In this document: in pieces, positions 42,069-52,491 of the stretch
How the letters are laid out: each line of letters begins with the position of its first letter
Numbering within the stretch: position 1 is the stretch's first letter
Assembly: GCA_963745035.1 (NCBI GenBank)
Contig: CAVUVW010000002.1
Coordinates: 32,001 to 96,000, forward strand
From: an uncultured delta proteobacterium
GTDB lineage: Bacteria > Desulfobacterota > Binatia > UBA9968
Length of the DNA stretch: 64,000 bases
Reading direction: 5' to 3'
Translations under genes and position numbers: made by a program
Notes under the pieces: model-generated
The model's input: only the letters and a program-made list of their open reading frames with translations
Databases searched by the model: none
What the model was told of the DNA's origin: nothing

Positions 42069-45000
42069 TTACTTGTGATTTTTCTCCCCTGACTTTTCGG
42101 TCGCACCTTGCGCTGCACTCGCCAGCTCCAGGTTGGGATTGCGCAGCGCGGCCAGATACGAAGTTCGCGGCTGGGTATTGAGTTCTGCTAGCAAACCGAA
42201 ATTTCGCGGCGACGCCTTGCGGGCACTCACCAGACTGTTGCGGTCGTTAATATCGCCAAAGACGATCGCCTGCGCCGGGCATGCCTGCTGGCAGGCGGTC
42301 ACGACGTCACCGTCGCGCATCGCTCCTCCTTCGAGCTCAGCCTCGATGCGCGCGTGGTTGATGCGTTGCACGCAGTAAGTGCACTTTTCCATGACACCGC
42401 GGCTGCGCACCGTCACGTCGGGGTTGCGCATCGGCTTGAGACTTTCGGTCTGCCAGTCAGAGTACTGCAGGAAATTAAAGCGCCTGACTTTGTAAGGGCA
42501 GTTGTTGGAACAGTAACGCGTTCCGACACACCGGTTGTAGACCATGTCGTTCAGACCTTCAGCGCTGTGCGCTGTGGCGGTCACGGGGCAAACCACTTCG
42601 CAGGGCGCTTTCTCGCAGTGCATGCAGAGCATCGGCTCGTAATAGGCCTCGGGATTTTCCGGCGGCCCCTTGAAATAGGTATCGATGCGCAACCAGTGCA
42701 TCTCGCGGCTGCGCAGGACTTCACTCTTGCCGACCACCGGTATGTTGTTCTCGGCCTGGCACGCGACAACGCACGCGTTACACCCCACGCAGATGCTCAG
42801 ATCGATCGCCATGCCCCAGGCATGCCCCGAGTATTCGTATTCGGGATAAAGCGAAGGAACCTCGCCGTTATGGCCGCCGTGCTGCGCGAAATGGGGATTC
42901 TTGCGAAATTGTTCCAAGGTGCCGGCGCGCACGAGATCCCGTCCTTCGATGTTATGGTGCAACTGAGTGACGGCGAGCGGGTAGCGCTCGCCTGTGCGCC
43001 GAATCTCGACACCTGCTCCCGACCAGAGCGTCTCCGAACTGCGCAACCGATACGCGTCGCAGCCGATGTTCGACCCGACCTTGCCCGCGCGCGTGCGGCC
43101 GTAGCCAAGATCGAGGGTAATCGTGTCGTCCGCCTGGCCCGGCACGATGCAAATCGGCGCGCGCACCATGCGATCTTGCAAGCGCAACTCGATCACATCG
43201 GCGTGAAGATTGCCGCCGCGCCAGCCGCTGTCTTGATTGAGACCGAGACGTTTAGCCGTCGCGGGACTGAGCAGCGCGGCGTTGTCCCAGGTGAGCTTGG
43301 TCAACGGTTTCGGTAGCTCCTGCAACCAGGCATTATTGGCGAATTGGCCGTCGAAGATGCTCGGGTCGGGACGGAAAACAATTTCGAGCCGCGGCGCAGC
43401 GTTTGCCGGTGGGGCGGGTTGTTTTTCGGCAGCTTGGGGGACTGTCTCTCCCTTGCCTTGAGCTTGTGCCGCTGACGCTGCCGCTCCGGCGCCGCTGAGC
43501 TGCGCGCTCTTCACAGTAAATGATTTTGGTTGGAAAGCGCTTCCTTCGACCACTCCGTCGTGCAGCGACTTGCGCCACCAGCGCTCGAAGTCTTGTGCTT
43601 GTTTGCCGGCGTTGGCGCTCCAATATTCCCGCACGCTCTCGTGCGAGGATTTTTGCGGCGCGGCGCTGAACGCGGCGATCATCTCGTGTGCGGTTTTGCC
43701 GCCGTAAAGCGGCGCGATCAGCGGTTGCACGATCGTCGCCGTGCCGTCGTAAGCGCGCGCATCGCTCCAGGACTCGAGATAGTGCGCCGCGGGTATGTGC
43801 CAGTGGCACAATGCCGCGGTTTCGTTTTCATACAGGCCGAGATGGATACTTAACGGCAGCTTCCTGAGTTTGGCAGCGAAGTCGAAATCCGCCGGCGCGC
43901 TGTAGACCGGATTGGAGTCCAAAATCAGAAGCGTGGTCACGTCGCCGCGCTCCATGGCCGTCCCCAACTCTCGCAGCGAGGCGATTTCGTCCACCGGCTC
44001 GGCCTCCGCCGGTTCGGTATAGACAACCGTGCGGCCCGTATTGCCGAGCGCGGCGTTGATGGCGTGTGAGAGCGCGTGAACGGCGGGAGGCTGCGGTTCA
44101 CCCACCATGACCACACTTCTGCCGCGGTGTTTCTGCAGATCGCCTGCCAGAGCATCCAGCCAATTTCCCCAGTCGCCGGAAAGAGTTGACGACGAACCAA
44201 TGCCGAGCCTGGACGCGAGAGCGCGCGCGAACGGCTCCATCGCACTCGGCGGAAGGTTCAGTCGGTGATCGGCCACGGCGCCGACGCTCGAAGGCGTGCT
44301 CTCCACGGCGTAGAGCCGGTTCATTTCCGTGCGCTTCTCGTCCAGGGCTCGTCCCCGCGCCAGCTCTCGTATGTAACGGAGGCTCCCCGCGCCCCAGGTG
44401 AGCGGCTCGGTGTCGAGCGCAAGAATCACAGCAGCCTGCTCGAGGCGATACTGGGTTTGCGCGTAGGTTCCGAACGCCAGACGAGCGCCTGCGCGCGCAT
44501 GATGTTGCCCGGCGGGCTCATACTGGTGCCAGCGCGCGCTGGGAAACTCTTTCAGCATACTTCGCAGTTGGCTCGCCAAAGTTGGGGACGTGACGGTTCC
44601 TGTAAGGATGCGCAGACCAGCTCCGCCGGTTTTGCGGTGATTCTCCAGCACGGGCTGCAACGCTTTGAGGAAATCGCTCCAGGGTCGAATTCTTCCCAGG
44701 TACGTGGCGGTCCTGGAACGATCCGGATCATACAAGGTAAGCACCGAGGCCTGGGCGAAAGCGTCCGTTGCCCCCAGGCTCGCTGGATGAAGAGGATTGC
44801 CTTCGACTTTCGTCGGCCGGCCCAGGTGGCTTTCGACCAAAAGACCGAGCGCATAACCGCGCAGTGTCATTGCAGTCGCGAAATAAAGCGGCTTGCCTGG
44901 CACAAGCTGCTCCGGTTGCCGCACGTACGGCACGATGGTCTCGGCCGGAGCGCGCGTGCATGCTCCTAATCCGGCGAGCCCGAGCGATGCCGCCATGAGC

Positions 45001-45161
45001 TGAAGAAAACGCCTCCGGCTTAGCGGATCGGCCAGGGCATCGATTTGGCTCGGATATTCCCGCTGCATGAACTCACGGAACTCTTCCGTCTGCGCCTCCT
45101 CCTCGAGGCTGCGCCAGAATTCACTTCGCACTGTGGCTGCGTCTATGTTGGGCTTCATCAA
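42069..45161 (-). CDS. actB: Alternative complex III subunit ActB (molybdopterin-oxidoreductase-like plus Fe-S domain)
   Basis: FWRSLEE, Tat SRRRFLQ, CVGCNACVVAC, CMHC..PC..VCP, CVGTRYCSNNCP, CTYC. Confidence 0.93.
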   Translation of the reverse strand: MMKPNIDAATVRSEFWRSLEEEAQTEEFREFMQREYPSQIDALADPLSRRRFLQLMAASLGLAGLGACTRAPAETIVPYVRQPEQLVPGKPLYFATAMTLRGYALGLLVESHLGRPTKVEGNPLHPASLGATDAFAQASVLTLYDPDRSRTATYLGRIRPWSDFLKALQPVLENHRKTGGAGLRILTGTVTSPTLASQLRSMLKEFPSARWHQYEPAGQHHARAGARLAFGTYAQTQYRLEQAAVILALDTEPLTWGAGSLRYIRELARGRALDEKRTEMNRLYAVESTPSSVGAVADHRLNLPPSAMEPFARALASRLGIGSSSTLSGDWGNWLDALAGDLQKHRGRSVVMVGEPQPPAVHALSHAINAALGNTGRTVVYTEPAEAEPVDEIASLRELGTAMERGDVTTLLILDSNPVYSAPADFDFAAKLRKLPLSIHLGLYENETAALCHWHIPAAHYLESWSDARAYDGTATIVQPLIAPLYGGKTAHEMIAAFSAAPQKSSHESVREYWSANAGKQAQDFERWWRKSLHDGVVEGSAFQPKSFTVKSAQLSGAGAAASAAQAQGKGETVPQAAEKQPAPPANAAPRLEIVFRPDPSIFDGQFANNAWLQELPKPLTKLTWDNAALLSPATAKRLGLNQDSGWRGGNLHADVIELRLQDRMVRAPICIVPGQADDTITLDLGYGRTRAGKVGSNIGCDAYRLRSSETLWSGAGVEIRRTGERYPLAVTQLHHNIEGRDLVRAGTLEQFRKNPHFAQHGGHNGEVPSLYPEYEYSGHAWGMAIDLSICVGCNACVVACQAENNIPVVGKSEVLRSREMHWLRIDTYFKGPPENPEAYYEPMLCMHCEKAPCEVVCPVTATAHSAEGLNDMVYNRCVGTRYCSNNCPYKVRRFNFLQYSDWQTESLKPMRNPDVTVRSRGVMEKCTYCVQRINHARIEAELEGGAMRDGDVVTACQQACPAQAIVFGDINDRNSLVSARKASPRNFGLLAELNTQPRTSYLAALRNPNLELASAAQGATEKSGEKNHK

Positions 45162-45177
45162 ATTTAAACCGAGACCA

Positions 45178-45400
45178 CGTTCAAGCCGTTCAATGGTTCG
45201 ACCGTTCGAGAAGCCTCACGGCAGGCTTCCTCGACGGCCTTGAGTTCCGAGCCCGTCGAGGAATCACCATGAGCGGCTGGAATTTTACGCTCATCCTGAG
45301 TTTATCGAAGGATGCTCCGTTCAACCGCTGCGCTCCGTTCAAATCGTCGCCCCGTTCGAAACGGCTTGAACGATTTGAACGACTTGAACTGCTTGAACGT
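45178..45400. repeat. Nested repeat cluster (GTTCAA/TTGAAC arrays with inserted palindromes)
   Basis: cgttcaa... arms; gctcatcctgagtttatcgaagga at 45289-45312; ttgaacgatttgaacgacttgaac. Confidence 0.7.
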
Positions 45401-45407
45401 GTTCCCA

Positions 45408-46067
45408 TTATCGATGGCACGTCGAACAGCTCGTGAGAGCAGCCGAGCTTTTGATGTTGTATTCCTTCATCAACGCTCGGCCGAGTCGCACTTGATCGGC
45501 GCCCGGCCGCCAGCTCATGTTAAACACCTGCTCGCGCGGCCGCAAAAACCGCTCGGGCGCGCGATGGCACTCGAGACACCATTCCATCTGCAGCGAGGCG
45601 GCTTGCCACATGAGCTGCATCTGGTCCACCGGGCCGTGGCAGGTCGAGCAGCCGACGCCCTTTCGCACGTGGATGCCGTGATTGAAGTAAGCGAAGTCCG
45701 GTAGATTGTGCACGCGCGTCCAGCGTATCGGCGTATTGGTCCGAAAACTTTCGCGCACGGGCGCGAGAACCTCGCTGGTCGACCAGATTTGTGAATGGCA
45801 ATTCATGCACACTGCAGTCGCCGGGATGCCCGCGAACGATGAGACTTCCACCGAAGTGTGGCAGTAGCGGCAATCGATGCCGAGACCGCCCACATGATGA
45901 TCATGGCTGAATGGCACGGGCTGAGCGCGTGTGACGTTTTGCTCGGTGACGTAAGAAGAGCGATTGATTGCAGCAATCAGCCAAAGAAGGCCGATCACCA
46001 AAAAAAGCGCGCCGAATATACTCAGTCGAGAAAGGGTGTTGGTGCTGCGGTGAAAAATCTGCGCCAT
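45408..46067 (-). CDS. actA: Alternative complex III pentaheme cytochrome ActA
   Basis: Five CxxCH motifs (CRYCH, CMNCH, CSTCH, CLECH, CSTCH) after an N-terminal TM helix. Confidence 0.93.
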   Translation of the reverse strand: MAQIFHRSTNTLSRLSIFGALFLVIGLLWLIAAINRSSYVTEQNVTRAQPVPFSHDHHVGGLGIDCRYCHTSVEVSSFAGIPATAVCMNCHSQIWSTSEVLAPVRESFRTNTPIRWTRVHNLPDFAYFNHGIHVRKGVGCSTCHGPVDQMQLMWQAASLQMEWCLECHRAPERFLRPREQVFNMSWRPGADQVRLGRALMKEYNIKSSAALTSCSTCHR

Positions 46068-46303
46068 AGCTGCTGTATCTTAACTGCCAACCAGCATGAT
46101 TCGCTGGTTTGGAGTTACAAGGAGATTTCGCCAACCGCTTGTTTTTCACTGCCGACAAAGCGGGAACCTTTTCCCCATTGTCTCGTTTGCGCGACAGACG
46201 CGGATCACTGCTCCTGATTGCGAGACACAGGGGAAACCGTATCCGCGCCTTTAAAGTGCTGCGTGGATCTGATCCGCTGAACGAAGAAAGAGCTGCGCTT
46301 CGA

Positions 46304-46669
46304 CTATTTTCTTAGCCAGCTCAAGACCACACCCCAAATCACCAAGGCAGCCCCGATACCCGCCAACGCGAAGCCAACCAGCGGGAACAACAACAAAAAC
46401 GCAAGTCCCAAGAGTGTTAACAGAATTCCCGGCAATAGCGGGTTCGAGCGCGAGCCCGCGGCCGGCGTTTGGGCTGCCGGAGCCCTCTCCATAATGGACG
46501 AAATCTCGTCGTGCAGCAGAGTCTCTGCCAATTCTTTAAGCTCTCCGCGCCGTTCCGGCGGGACGGAACGGATCACGCTCGCAACTTCGGAGACCAGCGC
46601 CTCGACCTTCTGCTCGGCTCGGATGTCGGAGCCTAGATTCCCCAAACTCTCACTGCTGGACAGCGTCAT
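46304..46669 (-). CDS. Hypothetical membrane protein
   Basis: GAGG RBS; two C-terminal hydrophobic helices. Confidence 0.6.
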   Translation of the reverse strand: MTLSSSESLGNLGSDIRAEQKVEALVSEVASVIRSVPPERRGELKELAETLLHDEISSIMERAPAAQTPAAGSRSNPLLPGILLTLLGLAFLLLFPLVGFALAGIGAALVIWGVVLSWLRK

Positions 46670-46830
46670 GTCCCGACCTCACAACAATTTTCCGCAAAAC
46701 AGAGGCCAGCCACGCTGCGAACTGCACAGTTGGACGATGGATTTAAGCCGACTGGAGATGACTAGAGTCCTCATCTCGAACTACGCATCTTGGCAGCCCG
46801 TCGCGAGCTGCAACCGATGGCGAGGGAGTT

Positions 46831-48159
46831 TCAGGCTTTCTTGCGTATGTTGTCTTGGCCCGACCTCGGAGTTGGTTCGCACGCTTCGGCAGATTCTCCC
46901 GTGATCAGTCGGGCCGCCCGGTTCCGGCTGAAGTAATACCAGCCCCACTGCACCAGCACGAGAACCTTGTTCTGGAATTCAATTAAATTAATCAAATGAA
47001 CGAACAGCCAGACGAGCCAGGCGAAATAGCCGGAGAAGCGCAGCCGTCCTATGTCGGCGACCGCCGATGCATGACCGATGATCGCCATGTTGCCGCGGTC
47101 GCGATAATGAAATTTTTCGACGGCCTTGCCGTTGATGCGCCGCGCGATCACCCGCGCCACATATTTGCCCTGCTGCAGCGCCACCGCCGCAACGCCCGGC
47201 AACGGCTTTCCGGTATCGTGGACATCGCTGGCCAAATCACCGACGACGAAAATTTCCGGATGGCCGGCGATGGTGAGATCGGGCTCCACCGCGATTCTGC
47301 CGGCGCGATCCAAGTTCGCTCCTGTGCTGCTCGCCAGCGCGCGACCGAGCGGCGATGCCTGCACACCCGCCGCCCAGATCACGGTCCGGCAAGGAATCGT
47401 CTCCGTCCCTTCTCCCTTCTTGATTACGAGGGCATCGGGCGTGATATCGCTCACTAGCGCTTTGACCCGGACGGTGACTCCCAGTTTTTCCAAGGAAGCG
47501 ACTGCTTTGGCCGAGAGTTCCGGAGGATACGTGGGAAGTATACGCTCGCCGCCTTCGAGAAGGAGAATGCGCGTCTTTGACGGGTCGATGCGACGAAAAT
47601 CATGGCGCAGGGTATCGTGAGCGATCTCGCCCAGCGCGCCGGCCAGCTCGACGCCGGTGGGTCCACCGCCCACAATGGCGAAAGTCAGCAGTTCTTGGAT
47701 TATTGCCGGATCGACCTCTTGCTCAGCCGCTTCGAAGGCGAGAAAGATGCGGCTTCTGATCGCCGTCGCGTCCTCGACGGTCTTCAGTCCCGGCGCGGCG
47801 GCTTGCCAGCTTTCATTGCCGAAATAGAAGGCGCGCGAGCCGGTGGCAACGATCAGAGTGTCATAGCCGATCTCGCCGCCGCCGCTGAGCGCGACTTGAC
47901 GCCGCCCGGTATCGATGCTCTCGGCTTCGCCGAGCAGCACTCGAGCGTTCTGCTGACGCTTGAGAATCGCCCGCAGGGTCGAGGTGATGTTGGCCGGCGA
48001 GAGCCAGCCGGTAGCGACCTGATACAGTAAGGGCTGAAAGAGGTGGAAATTGCGCCGGTCGATAAGAGTGACCTGGACCGGAACGTTCTTTAATCCTTGG
48101 GCGGCGGCAAGCCCGCCGAACCCGCCGCCGAGGATCACCACGCGATGAGGTTGGTTCAT
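46831..48159 (-). CDS. ndh: Type II NADH:quinone oxidoreductase
   Basis: Two dinucleotide motifs (GGGFGG, GGGPTG), FQPLLYQVATG, WAAG. Confidence 0.9.
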   Translation of the reverse strand: MNQPHRVVILGGGFGGLAAAQGLKNVPVQVTLIDRRNFHLFQPLLYQVATGWLSPANITSTLRAILKRQQNARVLLGEAESIDTGRRQVALSGGGEIGYDTLIVATGSRAFYFGNESWQAAAPGLKTVEDATAIRSRIFLAFEAAEQEVDPAIIQELLTFAIVGGGPTGVELAGALGEIAHDTLRHDFRRIDPSKTRILLLEGGERILPTYPPELSAKAVASLEKLGVTVRVKALVSDITPDALVIKKGEGTETIPCRTVIWAAGVQASPLGRALASSTGANLDRAGRIAVEPDLTIAGHPEIFVVGDLASDVHDTGKPLPGVAAVALQQGKYVARVIARRINGKAVEKFHYRDRGNMAIIGHASAVADIGRLRFSGYFAWLVWLFVHLINLIEFQNKVLVLVQWGWYYFSRNRAARLITGESAEACEPTPRSGQDNIRKKA

Positions 48160-48322
48160 GAGCGCACGGAAAGTGCCGCGCCCAATTGGGATTTGGACGA
48201 TTACGTTTGAACTCTGCCCGACGAGGCCAAATTAAAAGCTTACACCGATAACCGGAGAAACGAATTGCCGATTGAGCGGGCTATTCGTTTCTGCGCGAAG
48301 TCAGCGTTGCAAGGAAGCTTTT

Positions 48323-48724
48323 TTAGGAAGCCAGTTTCAGTTCCGCGGCCGCGGGAGTGTTCTGCCGCTCATGGTCGATTAGAGTGCGCCGAACATATCC
48401 GGGATCGATGTTAAGAATGCTGCACACATTCTCCAGACTGAAGACACCGTAGTCGTCGGATTTGAAAAACCATTCCTCGGCTTCACGGAAGCTGCGCTTG
48501 CGGTGGCGGTTCTTATTGAAGCAGTCGCGCAGGTAGCAATCGATCGCATCGCGCAAGACCGCCGCAATCAACCGCCTTTCCGGCGTCTCCGCCGGTCGCC
48601 CTTGATAGACGTGGAGATATTCATCGACGCACAACACGTCGGGCTGACGAAACAGCCGAGCCTCTTCCTGAGAGAACCGATCGTCGGCGTACTCACGGTT
48701 GGAAGCAAGATTTCGATCTAGCAT
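48323..48724 (-). CDS. Hypothetical protein
   Basis: AGAGG RBS; PERRLIAAVLRDAI...EAEEWF...FSLENVC. Confidence 0.7.
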   Translation of the reverse strand: MLDRNLASNREYADDRFSQEEARLFRQPDVLCVDEYLHVYQGRPAETPERRLIAAVLRDAIDCYLRDCFNKNRHRKRSFREAEEWFFKSDDYGVFSLENVCSILNIDPGYVRRTLIDHERQNTPAAAELKLAS

Positions 48725-49266
48725 GGTTGACCTCTTCCGCCGCCGCTACACTCGCCATCCGAGAAGGAGCACGAGCAGCGCATGGTTAATGAACTTACAA
48801 GGCAACGCAGTAGCGCCGCGCTCCAGTGGCTGTGCAACTCTTGTACCTGTGATGATCCATGCAGACAGATGCTGGAAACTTCGCGCAAATAGCCGGTCGT
48901 GCGTCATAGAACAAAACATCGCCGAAGGAAAAACACAGAAGATATGTCAGAGAATTTCGTACAAGCGAGGAAAATATCAGGCATCACGCCGGGTTAGCGG
49001 AGATGTTTGTCCCAATACTGATACAGAATTCCCACCATAAAGATGCTTTTTCGGGAATTGCTCGAACGCTGCATTCAGCCGAGTTCAGCACGGCCGGTTG
49101 ACGGATTTCTAATTTTTAAATGGAAGAGGGACTTACCACGACTGACTCATGAGCTTACGTACCCGCAGTAATGAAAATGGGGGGCCCCACAGCAGATTCT
49201 TCCCATGAATCGTCATTCGGTACGCAAGCGCAGCCCTACAAACCTTTGCGGTGAAGCCTCTTTATT

Positions 49267-50262
49267 TTAGCGTAGCCGATCGAAAAACCCCGCCTCTTCG
49301 AGTTTCCTGCACACGCTCATGTCGGCGATGTCTTGGGGCTTGAGCTCGGCGGCTCGCGGGTTCAGGCCATGCTGCGCCATCAATCTCAGCACCGAAGCGA
49401 TACCCGGCATGCTGGGACAAGGTTTGCGCGGAAAGCTTTCCGAGATCGCCTGATAGGCGCGCTCGAGTCGGTCGTGGCGGTCGAGTTTCAGATTGCGCGC
49501 GATGCTGTCGACGACGAGTTTCTTGTTAGCCGGATTCTGCACGTAGGCGACGCCTTCGACCACCGCCTTGGCGAGATTTTCAATCACTTGCGGATTGGCG
49601 CGCATGTACTTGCGCGAAGTCACTAAACCGGAGGACTGAAACGGAACGTTTTCTTTGCTGAGATCCAACAACACCGGATAGCCTTGTTGAACCGCGATCT
49701 GCAGAAGCTCCTGATTGAAGAACGCGCCGTCGATACTTCCGGCAAATAAAGCGGCGAGCCGCTCCGGCGAGCTGCCGGTTCCGAACAGCACGATGCGATC
49801 GCGCCGGGGCACCAGGCCCAAGTGATCGAGACCGACATACGTGGCGAGCGACAGCGAGCCCGATGGCGTGCCGATCGCGACTTTTTTCCCTTTGAGATCT
49901 TCAGCCGTTTTGATGCCCGGACGCACGACGAGAGCGAAATTGAGTTTTTCTTCCAGCCCGAGGAGCATCGTCATATCGCCGCCCGCCGTGACCGCGTTAG
50001 TCACGTGCGTGGCGCCGAGCAATCCGACGTGAACGTCGCCGGCCAGCATCGACTGCATCGCCCGCCCGGCGATGATGTAGATCAACTGCGGATCGACGTT
50101 GTACTTGCGAAAAATCCCCTGCTCTTTGGCGATCCAGAGCGGCACCGCGTTGCCGCCGATGGCGCCGTAAGCGAGCATGAACCTGGCCGGCGCTTCAGCG
50201 CCATGAGATGGGCCGACCATCAAGCCCCATATAAAAAAGACTAGCGCAACCCAAAGCTTCAT
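49267..50262 (-). CDS. NMT1/SsuA-like ABC substrate-binding protein
   Basis: Signal peptide, DLKGKKVAIG. Confidence 0.85.
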   Translation of the reverse strand: MKLWVALVFFIWGLMVGPSHGAEAPARFMLAYGAIGGNAVPLWIAKEQGIFRKYNVDPQLIYIIAGRAMQSMLAGDVHVGLLGATHVTNAVTAGGDMTMLLGLEEKLNFALVVRPGIKTAEDLKGKKVAIGTPSGSLSLATYVGLDHLGLVPRRDRIVLFGTGSSPERLAALFAGSIDGAFFNQELLQIAVQQGYPVLLDLSKENVPFQSSGLVTSRKYMRANPQVIENLAKAVVEGVAYVQNPANKKLVVDSIARNLKLDRHDRLERAYQAISESFPRKPCPSMPGIASVLRLMAQHGLNPRAAELKPQDIADMSVCRKLEEAGFFDRLR

Positions 50263-50320
50263 CGCAGCTCAATCAATCCGAAACGGTTTGAACGACTTGA
50301 ACGTTTTGAACGGCTTGAAC

Positions 50321-51019
50321 TCACTGTTTTGTTCGCCGTCCCTGGCCGAAGAGAATCTTCTTTCCTTCCTCCGTCATGCCGGCCGAACCGACGTTGATCG
50401 ATTTCGCGAGCTCGTAAGCACGCTGCACCGCCGGCCGCTTCTGAATCGCCTCGAACCAGCGCTTCAGATGCGGGTAGTCGTCGAGATCTTGACCTTGGCG
50501 CTCATGCAAAACGATCCACGGATAACAAGCCATGTCGGCAATCGAATAATCTCCGGCGGCAAATTCCCGATCTTCCAGACGCTCGTCCAGAATCCCGTAA
50601 AGCCGCTCGGTTTCTTTCGTATACCGTTCGATCGCGTAAGTGATTTTCTCGGCTGCGTAGCCGCGAAAGTGATGGTTCTGCCCGAGCATCGGGCCGAGAC
50701 CGCCCATCTGCCAGAAAAGCCACTGCATGACTTCGGCGCGCCCGCGCACGTCGCGCGGCAAAAACTTGCCGGTCTTGTCTGCGAGATATTCCAGGATCGC
50801 GCCGGACTCGAAAATACTCAGCGGCCCGCCGCCGTCCTTCGGTTCATGATCGACGATCGCCGGTATCCGATTGTTCGGCGAGATCTTCAAAAACTCCGGC
50901 GCAAACTGCTCTCCCTTGCCGATATTGATCGGCTTGATGTTGTACGGCAGGCCGGTCTCTTCCAAAAAAATCGTGATCTTGTGCCCGTTGGGCGTGGTCC
51001 AGTAATAAAGGTCAATCAT
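50321..51019 (-). CDS. Glutathione S-transferase (YfcG-like)
   Basis: MIDLYYWTTPNGHK, SPNNRIPAI, FESGAIL, YSIADMACYPW. Confidence 0.92.
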   Translation of the reverse strand: MIDLYYWTTPNGHKITIFLEETGLPYNIKPINIGKGEQFAPEFLKISPNNRIPAIVDHEPKDGGGPLSIFESGAILEYLADKTGKFLPRDVRGRAEVMQWLFWQMGGLGPMLGQNHHFRGYAAEKITYAIERYTKETERLYGILDERLEDREFAAGDYSIADMACYPWIVLHERQGQDLDDYPHLKRWFEAIQKRPAVQRAYELAKSINVGSAGMTEEGKKILFGQGRRTKQ

Positions 51020-51035
51020 GCGGAACCTCCAGAGA

Positions 51036-51467
51036 AGGCAATAGGCATTAGGCAATAGTTAAGACAGTTTGGAAATCAGCGAACCGAGCATTTTGCTGAT
51101 CTCGGCGATTTCCTCTAGGACCGGGTTGATTGTGTGCTCGTCTATATAGTTCAGTCTTTGACACAATAGAAACTGCGTTTCTAGTTCCAGCAATGAACCT
51201 CGACTAAACAAAAGATGATGTCGATATTCCCCGGTCGCCTGACGACCATATCCTTCGGCAATGTTTGACGGCACCGATACTGCGCACCGTCGCATTTGCG
51301 CAATCAGGCCATACTGTTCGCTAGCCGGCAATTTTCCAGTGATTCGATATACGGACTCAACCAAATCCATCGATCGCTGCCAAACAAGCAGATCTTTGTG
51401 ACTTGGTAATCATGCCAGCCGGGATTCCGAATCCGACTATCGCCTAATGCCTAGTGCCTATTGCCTA
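51036..51467. repeat. Inverted heptamer arrays flanking the four-helix-bundle gene
   Basis: aggcaat-aggcatt-aggcaat-ag (51036-51058) and ctatcgc-ctaatgc-ctagtgc-ctattgc-cta (51437-51467). Confidence 0.8.
51059..51413 (-). CDS. Four-helix-bundle protein (23S rRNA IVP / bAvd-like), indel near the start
   Basis: SHKDLLVWQRSM, LPASEQYGL..QMRRCAVSVPSNIAEG, RGSLLELETQ. Confidence 0.9.
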
Positions 51468-52470
51468 TTTCCCGTAGACCTTATCGATAAATCCCTCCTT
51501 CTCCAGCTCCCGCACCACGCTGTCGTCGATGAGGCTGTCCACCGTCACTTTGCTACCCGATGCTTGCTTTAGGGCGTCGTCGAGCTGGATCTTCATGCCT
51601 TCCCGCGTCGTGTAGGGCACGCGTTCGAGGATCTTCACCGTCGAATCGTAGGAACTGTCGAGATAGGCTTTGTTGGCGGTGCGCTGATACTTGGCGACGA
51701 TTTTCTGCGCGCCTTCTTTGTTGGTCTTGAAGTAATGCGAGCCTTCGATCAGCGACATCATCACCCGTTTCACCATTCCACGATTCTTCGCCAGATAGCT
51801 CTTGGTTGTCACCGCGCAGATAAACGGCAGTGGGTAAGGTTTCTTCGAGTCCGCCATGTTGGCGAGGATGCGATAGGGAACGCCGGCAGGAGTCAGATGC
51901 ACGTTGCCGGGAGGAGATGGAAATCCCGCAATCACGCCGCGGCTGAACCCGGCCGCCCGCTCCGCCGCGCCGCCGACTTGCAGGATCTTCACGTCGTCCA
52001 TCGGCCGCAGCCCCAAGCCTCTTAACAGTTCTCGCGCAGCGACGTCCGAGACGCTGCCGAAGCGGCTGATGCCGATCGCTTTACCCTTCAAGTCCTCCGC
52101 CGTCTTGATGCTGTCGAGAACCACCAGCTCATAAGCCAGCACGTTGATCATACAGCCGACGCTTACCGTGTCGGCCCCCCTCACGTTGGCATTGGCAACG
52201 CCGCTTCCCGCTGCGTTGCCGATCTGAATATCCTGCGCGACGATCGCCGAGATGCCGACCGTCGTGCTGCCGATATAAACCATATCCACGTCCAGGCCGT
52301 TCTTCTTATAAAAACCCGCTTCCAGCGGAATCGTCCAGAGCTGGTTCAGCGTGTCCGTGGAGCTGTACGCGATCCTTATCTTGTCCTGCGCCCGCGCCGT
52401 CCCAACCGAAATCAACATCAACAGAACCGCAAGCAAAAAACTTTCGCCGACGGTATTCGTTGCCTGTCAT
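51465..52470 (-). CDS. NMT1/SsuA-like ABC substrate-binding protein (indel in signal peptide)
   Basis: DLKGKAIGISRFGS, RELEKEGFI. Confidence 0.85.
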
Positions 52471-52491
52471 GATCCCTCCCCTATCTCTGAC

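Noticed and set aside
45178-45400. TTGAAC/GTTCAA arrays (also 17467-17505, 50281-50320, 54838-54935) as CRISPR
   Set aside because: 9-nt period with no unique 25-45 nt spacers, and no cas genes
51059-51413. Diversity-generating retroelement suggested by the Avd-like protein
   Set aside because: No reverse transcriptase and no TR/VR pair with adenine-specific mismatches seen in the window
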